A stretch of 64,000 bases of DNA from a bacterium (lineage in GTDB: Bacteria > Patescibacteriota > Gracilibacteria > BD1-5 > UBA6164). A program made the position numbers and the translations under genes. The stretch lies in the NCBI GenBank assembly GCA_024635475.1, contig JAGXIW010000008.1, positions 13,592 to 77,591 of the forward strand, read 5' to 3'. The notes beneath the pieces are model-generated. The model was not told the DNA's origin. It saw only the letters and a program-made list of their open reading frames with translations, and did no database searches. Shown here piece by piece: positions 23,229 to 34,758 of this stretch. Each line of letters starts with the position of its first letter. The first letter of the stretch is position 1.

Positions 23229-24857
23229 ATGATTGAGAACAAAAAAATAATAATAGATAAATATATATCAAATATAACTACTTTTGATCTTTTTTCTGAA
23301 ACATATCGTTGATGAAAAGAACAAAAATTGTATTTGCCATTATCTTATAATTATATATTTTCAAAATGGGAAGATTTTATAAAGATGAATCCTGATTGAG
23401 TTATAGATTTATATATTCATATACCTTTTTGTTTAAAATTATGCTCTTATTGTAATTATTATAAAACTTTAGTTGAAGAAAATAGTTTAGATAAATATGT
23501 GCTTGATTATTTGATTCCATATTTACAGAATATATCTATTATTTTCGAGTGATTTAAATTTAATTCTCTTTATATATGATGATGAACACCATCAATTATT
23601 GGTTTAAAATTATTAGAAAAATTATTATCTTTTATCGAAAATAATATACTATTTGTAGAGTGAGCCGAGAAAACATTTGAATGAAATCCTATTTCTCTTT
23701 CAGAAAAGAAAATAGAAATTTTATCAAAATATTGAATCAATAGGGTCAGTATGGGTGTTCAAACATTGAATAATAAAGTTTTAATTAAAACTAATAGGGA
23801 ATATCAAAATTTAGAAATAATAAAAAAAGTTATTAATAAACTTAATAATTTTTGAATATCTAATATAAATATTGACTTATTAATATGATTAGATAATAAT
23901 GAAAAGGATGATTTTATTTATTCTTTGTGAGTTTTCTCAAAATTAAATATAAGTTTAATAACTACATATTGGTTAACCCCAACTTCCAGTTACCTTTTAA
24001 AGCATTTTTCTTGAGATAAAAATATGTTTTATGCAAATTTAAATAATCAAATAAATAGTATATATGATGAATTAACCAAGATTATTTCGAAATTTAAATT
24101 TGAAAGTTATAATATAAGTAAATTATCTAATCATTGTTGGCAATTTACAATAAAAAACTGTAATACAAAAACTAGTTATACAGATATTTGAAATAATTCA
24201 ATATTATGAATATGACCTTCATCTAGATCTTATATAAATTGATCTTTGGTTTATTTGACATTAGAGTATATTCCAATAAATTTTAATATAAAATTTGTAG
24301 ATAATTTATGAAAAAAAATAAATAGTTATGATGAAATGCTTTTATATACTATAATTAATGTTAGAGACAATTGATTTATTAATACAGATTATATATATAA
24401 AAATTTTAGTTTAGATTTTAAAAATATATTTTCTCAAGAAATTGAATTTTTATTAAAATTTAATTATATAACAATTAAAGATAATAATTTTATTTTTTCT
24501 GAAAATGTTAATAAAAAGTATTATTCTATATTATTTTTATTTGATTTGATAAAATTAGATATAAAAGATTTTTTGAATTCAAAAGAAAAAAGAGGAAATT
24601 ATATAACTTTATCTAGTAATAATATAGAACTTATTTTAAATATAAAAAATGATAATGTTTTTATATTTGTAGATAAAGAAAAAATTAATATTAATAATAT
24701 TTATCGATATTACTTTGTTATACTAAATATAAAAAAAATTTATGAAAAATTTAATAAATATATATTTAGTTTATTAGACTTTTATAATATTTTGAATAAA
24801 TATTTTTCAAAAAAGAACAAAGATTTAAATGTATTTTTAAATTATACTTCTAAATAA
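23229..24857 (+). CDS. HemN/HemW-like (coproporphyrinogen III oxidase family) radical SAM protein
   Basis: 542 aa. LYIHIPFCLKLCSYCNY (CxxxCxxC with the HemN context), SLYIGGGTPS, GINRVSMGVQTLN, DLLIGL, and ILGIGPSSRSY near the HemN C-terminal domain. An unrecognised ~100 aa tail follows. Confidence 0.75.
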
Positions 24858-24922
24858 TTTAAAAATTACGGATAATAAATTAATAGCAAGTAAATTAAAA
24901 ATTAAGTAATTATTCAAATATA

Positions 24923-26191
24923 ATGGAAAATAAAAAAAACTTTCTTTCTAAAGAAAAAATAACTAAACAAAATCGTATTTGGGTTCGTATAGCATCTGTA
25001 TGTAATAATAGATGTATTTTTTGTCTTGATAGTTTTGCTCAAAATTGAACTTTCCCGGAAGAAAACGAAATAAAAAAACAAATAAAAGATTGATATAAGA
25101 AATGATATGATAATAGAGTAATTATCTCTTGATGAGAGGCTTCAGTAAATCCTAAATTTGCTGATTATGTAAGATACTCAAAAGAATTATGATACGATAG
25201 AGTTCAAACAGTTACAAATTGAAATATGTATGCTTCTGAAATCTTTTGTAAAAAAGTATTTGAAGCTTGATTAGAGGAAGTAACATTTTCTTTTCATTGA
25301 CACAATGAAACTTTACATGACTATTTAGTTGATACTGCAGGGGCTTTCAAAAAATCACTTAAATGACTTATATACATAAAAAAAAATTACCCCCATGTAA
25401 TTATCAATATTGATATCGTAGTTAATAAAATAAATATAAAATTCCTTCCTGATATAATTAAATTTTTTATGAAACTGTGAGTTTATGAATATGATATTTT
25501 GCAAATAATCCCTTTTGGTAGATGATTTCAGGAAAATAAAGAAAAATTATTTTATAATATTGAAGAAAATATTAAATATTTGCAAGATACTTGGAAATTA
25601 TCAAAAGTTCCAGGTATGTATATGTGGACAAATAGATTTCCATCTGAAGCCTTTGAATGATATGAAGATTTAATTCAAGACCCGAGAAAAATCAAATCAG
25701 AAGTTATGTGAGAATGAAAACATCATTTTGAGCCATTTATAGTTTCTTGATGAGAAATAAAACAAGATTGTTTCTGAATTGCATGTGAGTTTTGTTTTTT
25801 AAACCAGTATTGTAATGATTTTATAAAAAATCGAGATAAAAATAAACTTGAATCAGATAGTAGTTATGAGATAATTAGATGAGAAGAATTTCCAAGCCAA
25901 GTTTATGAAAAATATTGAGAAAAAAAAGAAGATTTTATAAAATATTTGAAAGATATTGATAAATTACTTATAAATATCCCAAAATGTTTGTGATGAACAG
26001 GAATTTATGAAAGTTATAATGATATAAGAGAAGAAAAGACATTAGAAGATTATACATATAAATATATAAATAATTTATATAGAAAAAAATCTTTGAGATG
26101 TAATAGTTGTAAATATAATAAAACTTGTGAAGGTATTCATATAAATTTTATTAGGAGTTATTGATTTAGTATTTTACAACCTGAATTATAG
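24923..26191 (+). CDS. Radical SAM protein with extra Cys-rich C-terminal region
   Basis: 422 aa. RIASVCNNRCIFCLD, VIISGGEASV, VTNGN, EVTFSFHGH, internal CFGIACEFCFLNQYC, and C-terminal LRCNSCKYNKTCEG. Confidence 0.8.
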
Positions 26192-26198
26192 AAAAATT

Positions 26199-27143
26199 AT
26201 GGCAAATATTTGATATATCCAAGTAAATCGTTTTTGTAATAACCAATGTCATTTTTGTTCAAATACAAGTAATTGAAATAATATCACTTTTGAAAGATGA
26301 TTGGAACTTATAGATGATTTTATTTCTAGAAAATATTCTTGAATTATCTTCACTTGATGAGAACCTACTTTATCACCAGATTTACCGAAATGGATAGATT
26401 ATGCAAAACAAAAGAATATTAATTGTAGGATTATATCTAACGGGATGATGTGTTCTAATATCGATTATATAAAAACTTTAAAAACTGCTTGATTATCTTT
26501 AATTCATTTTTCATTGTACTCATATATTTTAGAAATTCATGATTTTTTGACTGATACTCCATGATCATACAAAAAATTACTAAAAGCTATTCAAAATGCA
26601 TTAAAACTCTGAATTAGAGTACAATTAAATTGTGTTATAAATAAATATAATCAAAATCATCTTGATAAAACTACTAAATTTATAGTAAATAATTTTCCAG
26701 ATATAAAGCATTTTGTTTGGAATAATTTGGATCCACAGATGATGAGACAAACTGAGATTGCTTTATCTACTTTACCTGATTTTGATATTGCTTGAAAAAA
26801 TTTAGTTAGAACTATGACTTTTTTGGAATCAACTTGAAGAACTTTTAGAGTTGAAAGATTACCAATTTGTTTTATGAGAGGGTTTGAACGGGCTTCAACA
26901 GAAACAAGAAAAATAGTTAAACATGAAGAAAGAATAGTACATTTTTTGGATTCCAGAAATACTTTTCAGGAACTAGAATGGGAACATGAAAGAGCTATAG
27001 AATGTGAAAAATGTGACTTAAAATCAATTTGTGCAGGAATTTATGAAAAAAAGGCTTATTATAATTATGTAAAAGTTATTTCTCAGAAATTATCAAAAGA
27101 AGAAAAAGAAAAAATCATATCTAAAATAAAAATGGATGAATAA
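26199..27143 (+). CDS. Radical SAM protein with C-terminal CxxCx5CxG motif
   Basis: 314 aa. QVNRFCNNQCHFCSN, IIFTGGEPTL, IISNGM, LIHFSLYS, and C-terminal IECEKCDLKSICAGIY. Last gene of the co-directional block. Confidence 0.8.
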
Positions 27144-27188
27144 AATTCTGATAATGTTGTATATGAAATATTTTTAATACTTTGATAA

Positions 27189-27956
27189 TTAGATTATTTC
27201 AAATACATTATTATCAGAATTAAAATCAAAAGAAGAAATTATTTCAACGATTTTTTTAGCAACTTCACTTGTTTGAAAAATATGATTTTGTACTGGCATA
27301 TTCATTTTTGGATGTATTATTTTTGCTATTTTTAGATTTTGTATATATCTTAAAAATAATTCATCTATATTTTTAAATCTTCTAAGAGGTGCAAAATCTG
27401 TATAGGTAAATCAAGGTCTTATAATTATACTATTTTTCTTAGCTTGAAATGAAATTATCTCTTCTTGAATAGCCTTCATCACACGGTATTTAAAATGTCT
27501 AATATTTCTTTTTATAACAAAATTTAACAAAAAATGTTTTTCCAATTCTTTTTTAAGAGAAACTGTGGAAGAACTAATATGTACAAGTTTATTTTTATGA
27601 GTAGAAATTTCTCTTGATAAAAATTCAACAAAATCATTTTGTCTATCAAATAGCTTTTTTCTTTCATCTAATCAAAAAGAATCAACCATTATTGCTGCAG
27701 AATTTATAACAACTAAATTATCCAATTCTAAGATGCTTTTTATATAATCTCTTATTTTATTATTATCTTGAGAAAATAAATCACCATTACAAATTTCAGT
27801 ATTTTTAGAACTAAGTTCAGATTTTGTTTCTGTTAATTTTTCACTTCTTCTTCATCAAACTAAATAGAAATTTGAATCATTATTTGTTCTTCATAATTCT
27901 AGAGCTATTTCCTTTCCTATTCCACTTCAAGCACCAGTTATTAAAAAATTTTTCAT
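27189..27956 (-). CDS. Short-chain dehydrogenase/reductase (SDR) family protein
   Basis: 255 aa. MKNFLITGAGSGIGKEIA (TGxxxGxG Rossmann motif), NSAA, HISSS. Convergent with the end of the rSAM cluster. Confidence 0.7.
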
Positions 27957-28103
27957 AAAATAATGTTCTATCAAATTGTAGATTAATTGCATAATATTAT
28001 AAAAAACAAACAAGTCAAGTAAAAAATATATCAAATATTTGCATTTTTTATAACTAATATGATATGATAATTGGGGCAGTTATAAAAATATAAGTTTTTT
28101 AAA

Positions 28104-30539
28104 ATGAAAAAAATACTTTTAGAAATCACAGTTGATAAGACAAACGAGAAATGACCTGAGATTTTTGAGCATATCTTGATTGTTTTACATAAAGTTTTTG
28201 ATAAATATAATGTGAAAGATTTTACTAAAAAAACTATAGAGTTACCTACTTTTTCTTTTGAAATTACAAAAATAGGTAATAGTATTAGATTTTTTTTAGT
28301 TTGTCCTGACAAATATACAAATTTCATAAAAAATCAGATTTATGCACATTTTAACAATGTAGAAATCAATGAAGTATGTGATTATTTGGCTAGAATTCCA
28401 GCAGATAAGATGACTATTGGAAATGTAGGTTTTTCAAAGCACAATTATTACCCAATAAAGAATTTTGTAGAGATGCAAGAATTATGAGCAAAAGAAAAAG
28501 TTGATCCATATTCATCAATTACATCTTCTCTTTCTAGGACTTGAAGTTACTCTCTAAATACTATCCAAATCAATTTTCATCCAATTGATGATTATGTGTG
28601 GAAAAAAGATTTTGAAGAAACTATTAAAATTATTTTGTCAGGTAGTTCACCTATTTTTAAAAAAATTCTTCTAAGTAAATGGTATAAATATTTTAAATTA
28701 TGATTATTACCAATAAGTCTTCTTTTAAAATTAATTACGATAATAGCTAGACCTGATTCATATAAATCTAATAAAAATGAAGTTAAAAATGATAATACAG
28801 TAGAAGATGAAAGCGATGGAATTCCTCTTAATATAAAAAATAAACTATTTTTGCAATGATTTGCTTGTAGTATGAATATAATAGCTGCATCAGAAGATGA
28901 TATAGAATCAAAATCAAGTATAAAAGAGATTTTTTCAACTTTGAGCATATTTTCTGGTTCCGGGCTTAATTCTTTTAAATTAAATTACATAAATAAAGAA
29001 GAATCAAGTATTAACTTAGCAAAAGCAAGAAGTCTAAATAATTATTTTATATTAAATACAAAAGAACTTTCTTGACTAGTACATCTACCTACTACTTATG
29101 TAAAAACTCCATCTATAGCTTGGGTTTCTTCTCGTAATTTTGAACCACCAGCAGATTTACCTCTCATAACAGAAAAAGCTGAAAACTGAGATTTAACACC
29201 AATTTGAAAAACAAATTTTAGATGAACAAATATAAATTTTGGTATATGACCAAATGATAGAAGAAGACATATGTATATAATCTGAAAAACAGGTATGTGA
29301 AAATCTACACTGCTTGAAAATATGATAATTGATGATATAAAAAAATGAAGATGAGTTGCTGTAATTGATCCTCACGGAGATCTAGCTGAGAATATTATTT
29401 GATTTATTCCAAAAAATAGGACAAATAATGTAATAATTGTTGATCCTTCAGATGTTGAATGGCCAATAGCATTTAATATGTTTGACTGAGTAAGTCCAGA
29501 ACATAGATCACTTATTGCTTCTTGAATAGTTGGAATTTTTAAAAGGATATTTTGAGACAGTTGGTGACCTAGACTTGAGCATATTCTTAGAAATACTTTA
29601 ATGAGTTTACTTGAATATCCAGGAGCAACATTACTTTCTGTGCCTTTGATGCTTACTTCTGATTTATACAGAAATAGAGTACTCTCTAAAGTTACTGATC
29701 CAGTTGTAAGAAAGTTTTGGTCAAGTGAATTTGATAGAATGGCTCCAAATCAAAGAGTTGAAGCAGTTGCTCCAATATTGAATAAAGTATGACAATTTCT
29801 TTCTAGTCCAATTCTTAGAAATGTACTTGGACAATCTAAAAATAGCTTCAATATGAGGTGGGCAATGGATAATAAAAAGATAATTATAGTAAATTTATCA
29901 AAATGAAAAATCTGAGAAGATGCTTCAGCTTTACTATGATCTATGCTTGTTACCAAATTTCAGCTGGATGCAATGAGTAGAGCAGATATTCCTGAAAAAG
30001 ATAGAAAAGATTTTTATTTATATGTAGATGAATTTCAAAACTTTGCAACAGATAGTTTTTCTACTATATTATCTGAAGCTCGTAAATATAAACTTAATCT
30101 AGTAATGGCAAATCAATATATAGACCAAATGACAGAAGATGTAAAATGAGCTGTTTTTGGTAATGTATGAAGCCTTGTTTCATTTCAAGTTTGATATCAT
30201 GATGCATCTATTTTAAAAGAAGTATTTGCTTGAGATCTAGTTGAAAATGATTTGATTAATCTTAAAAATCATACTATCTATACCAAACTATTGATAAATG
30301 GTATGCCGTCACCGATTTTTTCAGCAAACACACTTCCTCCTCATAAAAAAGATGAGAAAGAATTTAAAACAAGATACGAAAAAGTCTTAGCAGTAAATAG
30401 AGAAAAATACTGTAAACCAAGAGACAAAGTAGTAAAAAATATAAATGATATGATGTGAGAACTTGAGAAAGCAGAAAATGATTTGTTTAAAAAAAGGGAA
30501 GAGGGTAAGAAAAAAGATACAAAAAAATTAAAAAATTAA
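28104..30539 (+). CDS. VirD4/TraG/TraD-like type IV coupling-protein family ATPase with a CPR-type N-terminal domain
   Basis: 811 aa. Walker A HMYIIGKTGMGKSTLL, VIDPHGD, Walker B FYLYVDEFQNF, ARKYKLNLVMANQY. The N-terminal ~330 aa are unrecognised and include a TM segment. Confidence 0.7.
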
Positions 30540-30563
30540 TTGACATTTAGAACTTTTGGAATA

Positions 30564-30597
30564 AAAATAGGCTTCTTAAAAAAAGCCTATTTTTATA
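30564..30597 (+). terminator. Rho-independent terminator
   Basis: AAAATAGGCTT (30564-30574) pairs with AAGCCTATTTT (30583-30593) around an 8-nt loop, followed by a T-run. It lies 25 nt after the stop at 30539. Confidence 0.7.
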
Positions 30598-30607
30598 AAT
30601 TAATTAT

Positions 30608-32731
30608 ATGGATACACTGTTTATTTTTTCAACTTTATCATTACTTACTTTAATTTTGATATCTTGTTGAACTTATTTTTTATCAAAAAGAATAAATTTT
30701 CCATTCACAGTATTACTTGTACTGGTCTGAATTATATTAATACCTCTTTCTAGTTTAAGTTTTTTTTCATTTATAGATGATTTTAGGCTTACTCCAGAGG
30801 TGTTATTTTTTGTTTTTTTACCAATACTGCTTTTTGAATCTGCTTACAATATGAATTATAGGCAGGTGATAAAAAATTGGAAAAGTATAACTTCATTAGC
30901 AGTTTTTTGACTTTTAATTTCAGCTTCACTTATAGCTATTGTTTTATTTTTTGTATTTCCACTTATAGGATTTAATATACCTTTTATGGTATGTTTACTT
31001 TTTTGAAGTCTTATATCAGCTACTGATCCAGTCGCAGTACTTTCACTTTTTAAGACTGTAGGAGCTCCTAGAAGATTAACTTTGATATTTGAATGAGAAA
31101 GCCTTTTCAATGATTGAACTTCATTAGCTTTATTTCTTGTCGTATTGTGAATAATTTTTGAATGAACTGTAACTTGAGGCTCTATACTTTGATGATTAGG
31201 ATCTTTTAGTTCTATGATGTTAGGTTGAATTATATTTTGAGGTATAACTTGATTTATATTCTCAAAAATTATATGAATGATTAAAAATAATGAGGCAATA
31301 GAAATTACTTTTACTATGGTTTTAGCTCATTTAACATTTATATTATCTGAGATAATAAATGAACATTTATGAATTCCAATTTCATGAGTAATATCTACTA
31401 CAATAGCATGAATTATAATTTGAAATTATGGTAGATACAAGATTTCACCAAAGGTTGAAGAATATATGGAAAAATTTTGGTGATTTTTTGCTTTTTTAGC
31501 AAATTCATTGGTTTTTATACTTATGGGTTTAACTCTTTCTTATGTTGATATAGATTTTTTCAAATTTTTAGCTCCTATTTTTGTTGTTATATTGGTTGTA
31601 ATGTTTTCTCGTGCAATTAGTGTTTACATCCCAACATGAATAATTAATTATTTTAATCTAGAAGAGAAAATACCAAGATCTTGGCAACATTTATTATCTT
31701 GGTGAAGTTTAAGATGAGCTTTAGCAATGATGATGGTTTTGATGATTCCATGAGTGTGAGATGAAAACTATGATAAAATCTTGAGATTTCAAGAAATGGT
31801 TGGTTGGAATTATGATTTTTCTATTAGAGATTTTGTTATGGTTATAACTATTTGAAGTATTATGTTTACTCTTCTTATAAAAGCTACAACAATAACAGCA
31901 TTTATGAGAAAAATGAAAATAGATAAATTAAATGATTTAGAACAATTTGAATATGAAGAATGAAAGATAATGGCATTTCTAAAAATATTGGAAAAATTAA
32001 ACAGATCTTTTGAAAAAGGATATATAATAAAAAAAGAATACGATATATTAAAATTTAAATATGAAAAAAAATTAAGCGATGCTGTAAAATGATTAAAGGA
32101 TTTACTTGAATGACAAAAAGAAAATGCAATTATTTTAATAAAAAAAGCAATATCATTACATTCATTATGAATAGAAAAACAATATTTAAAAGAATTATTT
32201 TTTTATAATGAGATCAATGAAATTAACTTTAAATATATTATTAGAAAAATTAATAGACAGATAGAAAGATTAGAATTGTGAGATGAACAATTAAGTAAAG
32301 TAAAAGATATAAATTATAAAGATTATGATATATTTGAAAAATTGATTTCAAAATTTGATCATAAAATATGAAGTGATGTAAATTTGTACCTAAGAAATAG
32401 GACAAAAATAGTAATAACTAGAAAAGTAATTAAAGAACTTGAAGAGTTAAAAAATATTGATTTTTGATTTGATAATAATTTATTTAATGATGTTATAGAT
32501 TTATATAAAAAATTTAATTTGATAGCCGAGGAAAAGAAAAAAGAGATTATACTTAAAAATAATGAGATTATAAGTGAATTGGAATTAGAATTATACGATA
32601 AGTCATTGTTGAAAATGGAAGAAAAAGTTATTAATGATTTATATGAAAAAGAAATTATTACACCGAAATTACATTTGAAATTTATAAATGAGATAGAAAG
32701 CTCAATTTATAAAAATATAAAAAATAACTAG
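30608..32731 (+). CDS. CPA1-family Na+/H+ antiporter (NhaP-type) with a long cytoplasmic coiled-coil tail
   Basis: 707 aa. ~400 aa membrane domain with LFESAYN, SATDPVAVLSLFK, LIFEGESLFNDGTSLALF, GSLRGALAMMM. A ~290 aa Lys/Glu-rich tail follows. Confidence 0.8.
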
Positions 32732-32734
32732 AAT

Positions 32735-34636
32735 TTACTTCAAAGTCCTACTTATTACTTGTTCTTCATAAGGAGAAGCTATTATTTGTATTCAAACATG
32801 TTCTGTTCAGGCAAAGAAAAGTCCTTGTCATATACTTGAATTTAGTAGTATATATTTTTCTTGTTCAGTTAATTTAAATATATTTTGTAGCACATCAATA
32901 GAAGCTGTTGATTGCTTTAATAGTAATTGAATAGAAGAGTTTGTTACTATTGGTTTTCATTGTGGACTAGATAGGAAATCTTCCACATCTTGAGTAATTG
33001 TAGTGACTCAAAGACCATATTTTCTGGCTCTTTTTACAAGTCAATATAGAAATTTTGCTGAGTCTTCATATTGCATTATATTCCATGCTTCATCTATAAC
33101 TAACATTCTTTTTTTCATAGAACTTCTTATCTTGTTCCAAATATGATTCATAATTACATACATAGCAATTGGTCTAAGTATCTCATCTAAATCTCTTACT
33201 GAAAATACTTGTAATCATTCTTGTAAATCTATATTTGTTGGTTGACTAAAAATCCCAGAAAATATTCAATTTGTGTATTTATCTATTCTTTTTACAAGCC
33301 CAGAAGCTCAATCCATAGTCTCAAGTACTTCTTGTAAATCTTTCATAACTGGAATTTCTTTTCATACGGCATTGTCATCATCAAGTGTAATTCATTTTAG
33401 ACTATAAGTCGCTATAATACCTTTTTCTAAAATTGTTTCTTCATCAATTGTTATTTTCCCAAGCATCAGATTCATCAGTCAAAGCAAGTTTATAACTGCA
33501 TTTCTAAGTAAATCACCAGGTCTAATTTCTTGGTCTTTTACTCAGAGTGGTAAATCAAAAGGATTAATTCTTTGAGTTGAATTTAGTGATACATTTAGAT
33601 AACTTCATCAAACAACATTCACAAGATTTTTGTATTCATTTTCGGGATCTATTACTATTACATCAGTTCATATCATCAGGCTTCTAAGTATCTCAAGTTT
33701 TACAGCAAAAGATTTTCAAGAACCAGATTTTGCAAATACACACATATTTGCATTTTCAGTTCTATATCTATCAAATATAATTAGAGAATTATTATGAGTA
33801 TTTACTCAATATAAAATCCCATCATCATGACTTAAAGTCGATGAAGTAAAAGGAAAAGTTGTTGAAATTCATCCTGTGGACATATTTCTATATACACCAA
33901 GTTCATCACGAGCAAAAGGTCCTGTTGATATAAATCATTGTTCAGCTCTTAAAAAACTTTGTTTTTGTAATACATTTCTTCAAGCTAGTAGTATTTCTAT
34001 ATCTTTTCATATTTTATTCAACATTTCTTCATTATCACTGTATATAGTTATATAAAGTCATAAGTGAAAATATTTTTCCTCTCATCTAGCAAGTTTTTGT
34101 CTAAATTCTTCTACATCTTGTATCTGAGCATCTAAAGCAGGGTCTCAAATAAGTCATCTATCGGAATTTATACTTCTTTCTGAATGTAATTGAGTTAATC
34201 TTTTTTTAAGATATTTTTGTATAAAGCTTCAATTTATAGGGTATACATATAAGCTTATATCAAATTTGACATCCCAGTTTATAATTGGAGATAACCAATT
34301 TCATTCCAAATAATTTGGATAAGCATATACAAAAAAAGTTCTAGCAAATACATCATTTATCTTGATTTTATCAGGATAAATTCTCATAAATGCAGGAGAA
34401 ATTATATCTTTTACATAAGCCAGTGCACTTTTATAATCACTTTCAGCTTCCATTATAAATTTATCTTCATTTTTTTCACTTATAATGTCTTTCTTTTTAT
34501 CTGTAGAATTATTATTAGAAGATTTGGTTAATAATGGCTTTAAATCTTTGTCAAAACTATATATATCTCAAGGATATCTTTTTTTGATTAATTCTACCAA
34601 TTTCTCTTGAATATGCATTTTTTCTTGATCTGACAT
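32735..34636 (-). CDS. VirB4/TrbE-like type IV secretion ATPase
   Basis: 633 aa. Walker A NMCVFAKSGSGKSFAVK, VIVIDPENEY, Walker B RMLVIDEAWNIM, ARKYGLGVTTITQD. Its stop (32735-32737) lies 3 nt from the stop of the convergent antiporter gene. Confidence 0.75.
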
Positions 34637-34758
34637 TATTATTGGAAATTAGGATGTATAACAATTTAATAGATTATAATAGAATACGATTATTTTAAAA
34701 GTATTTTTTATTTTTTCATTTGACCTTTTATCTTTAATCTTTTGATTTTAATCTATTT

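Noticed and set aside
28104-34636. VirD4-like plus VirB4-like ATPases could indicate an integrative conjugative element or plasmid segment.
   Set aside because: There is no relaxase, integrase, recombinase, direct-repeat boundary or compositional shift around them. The two genes are separated by a housekeeping antiporter. I kept this as a finding about an orphan secretion/uptake module, not as a mobile element.
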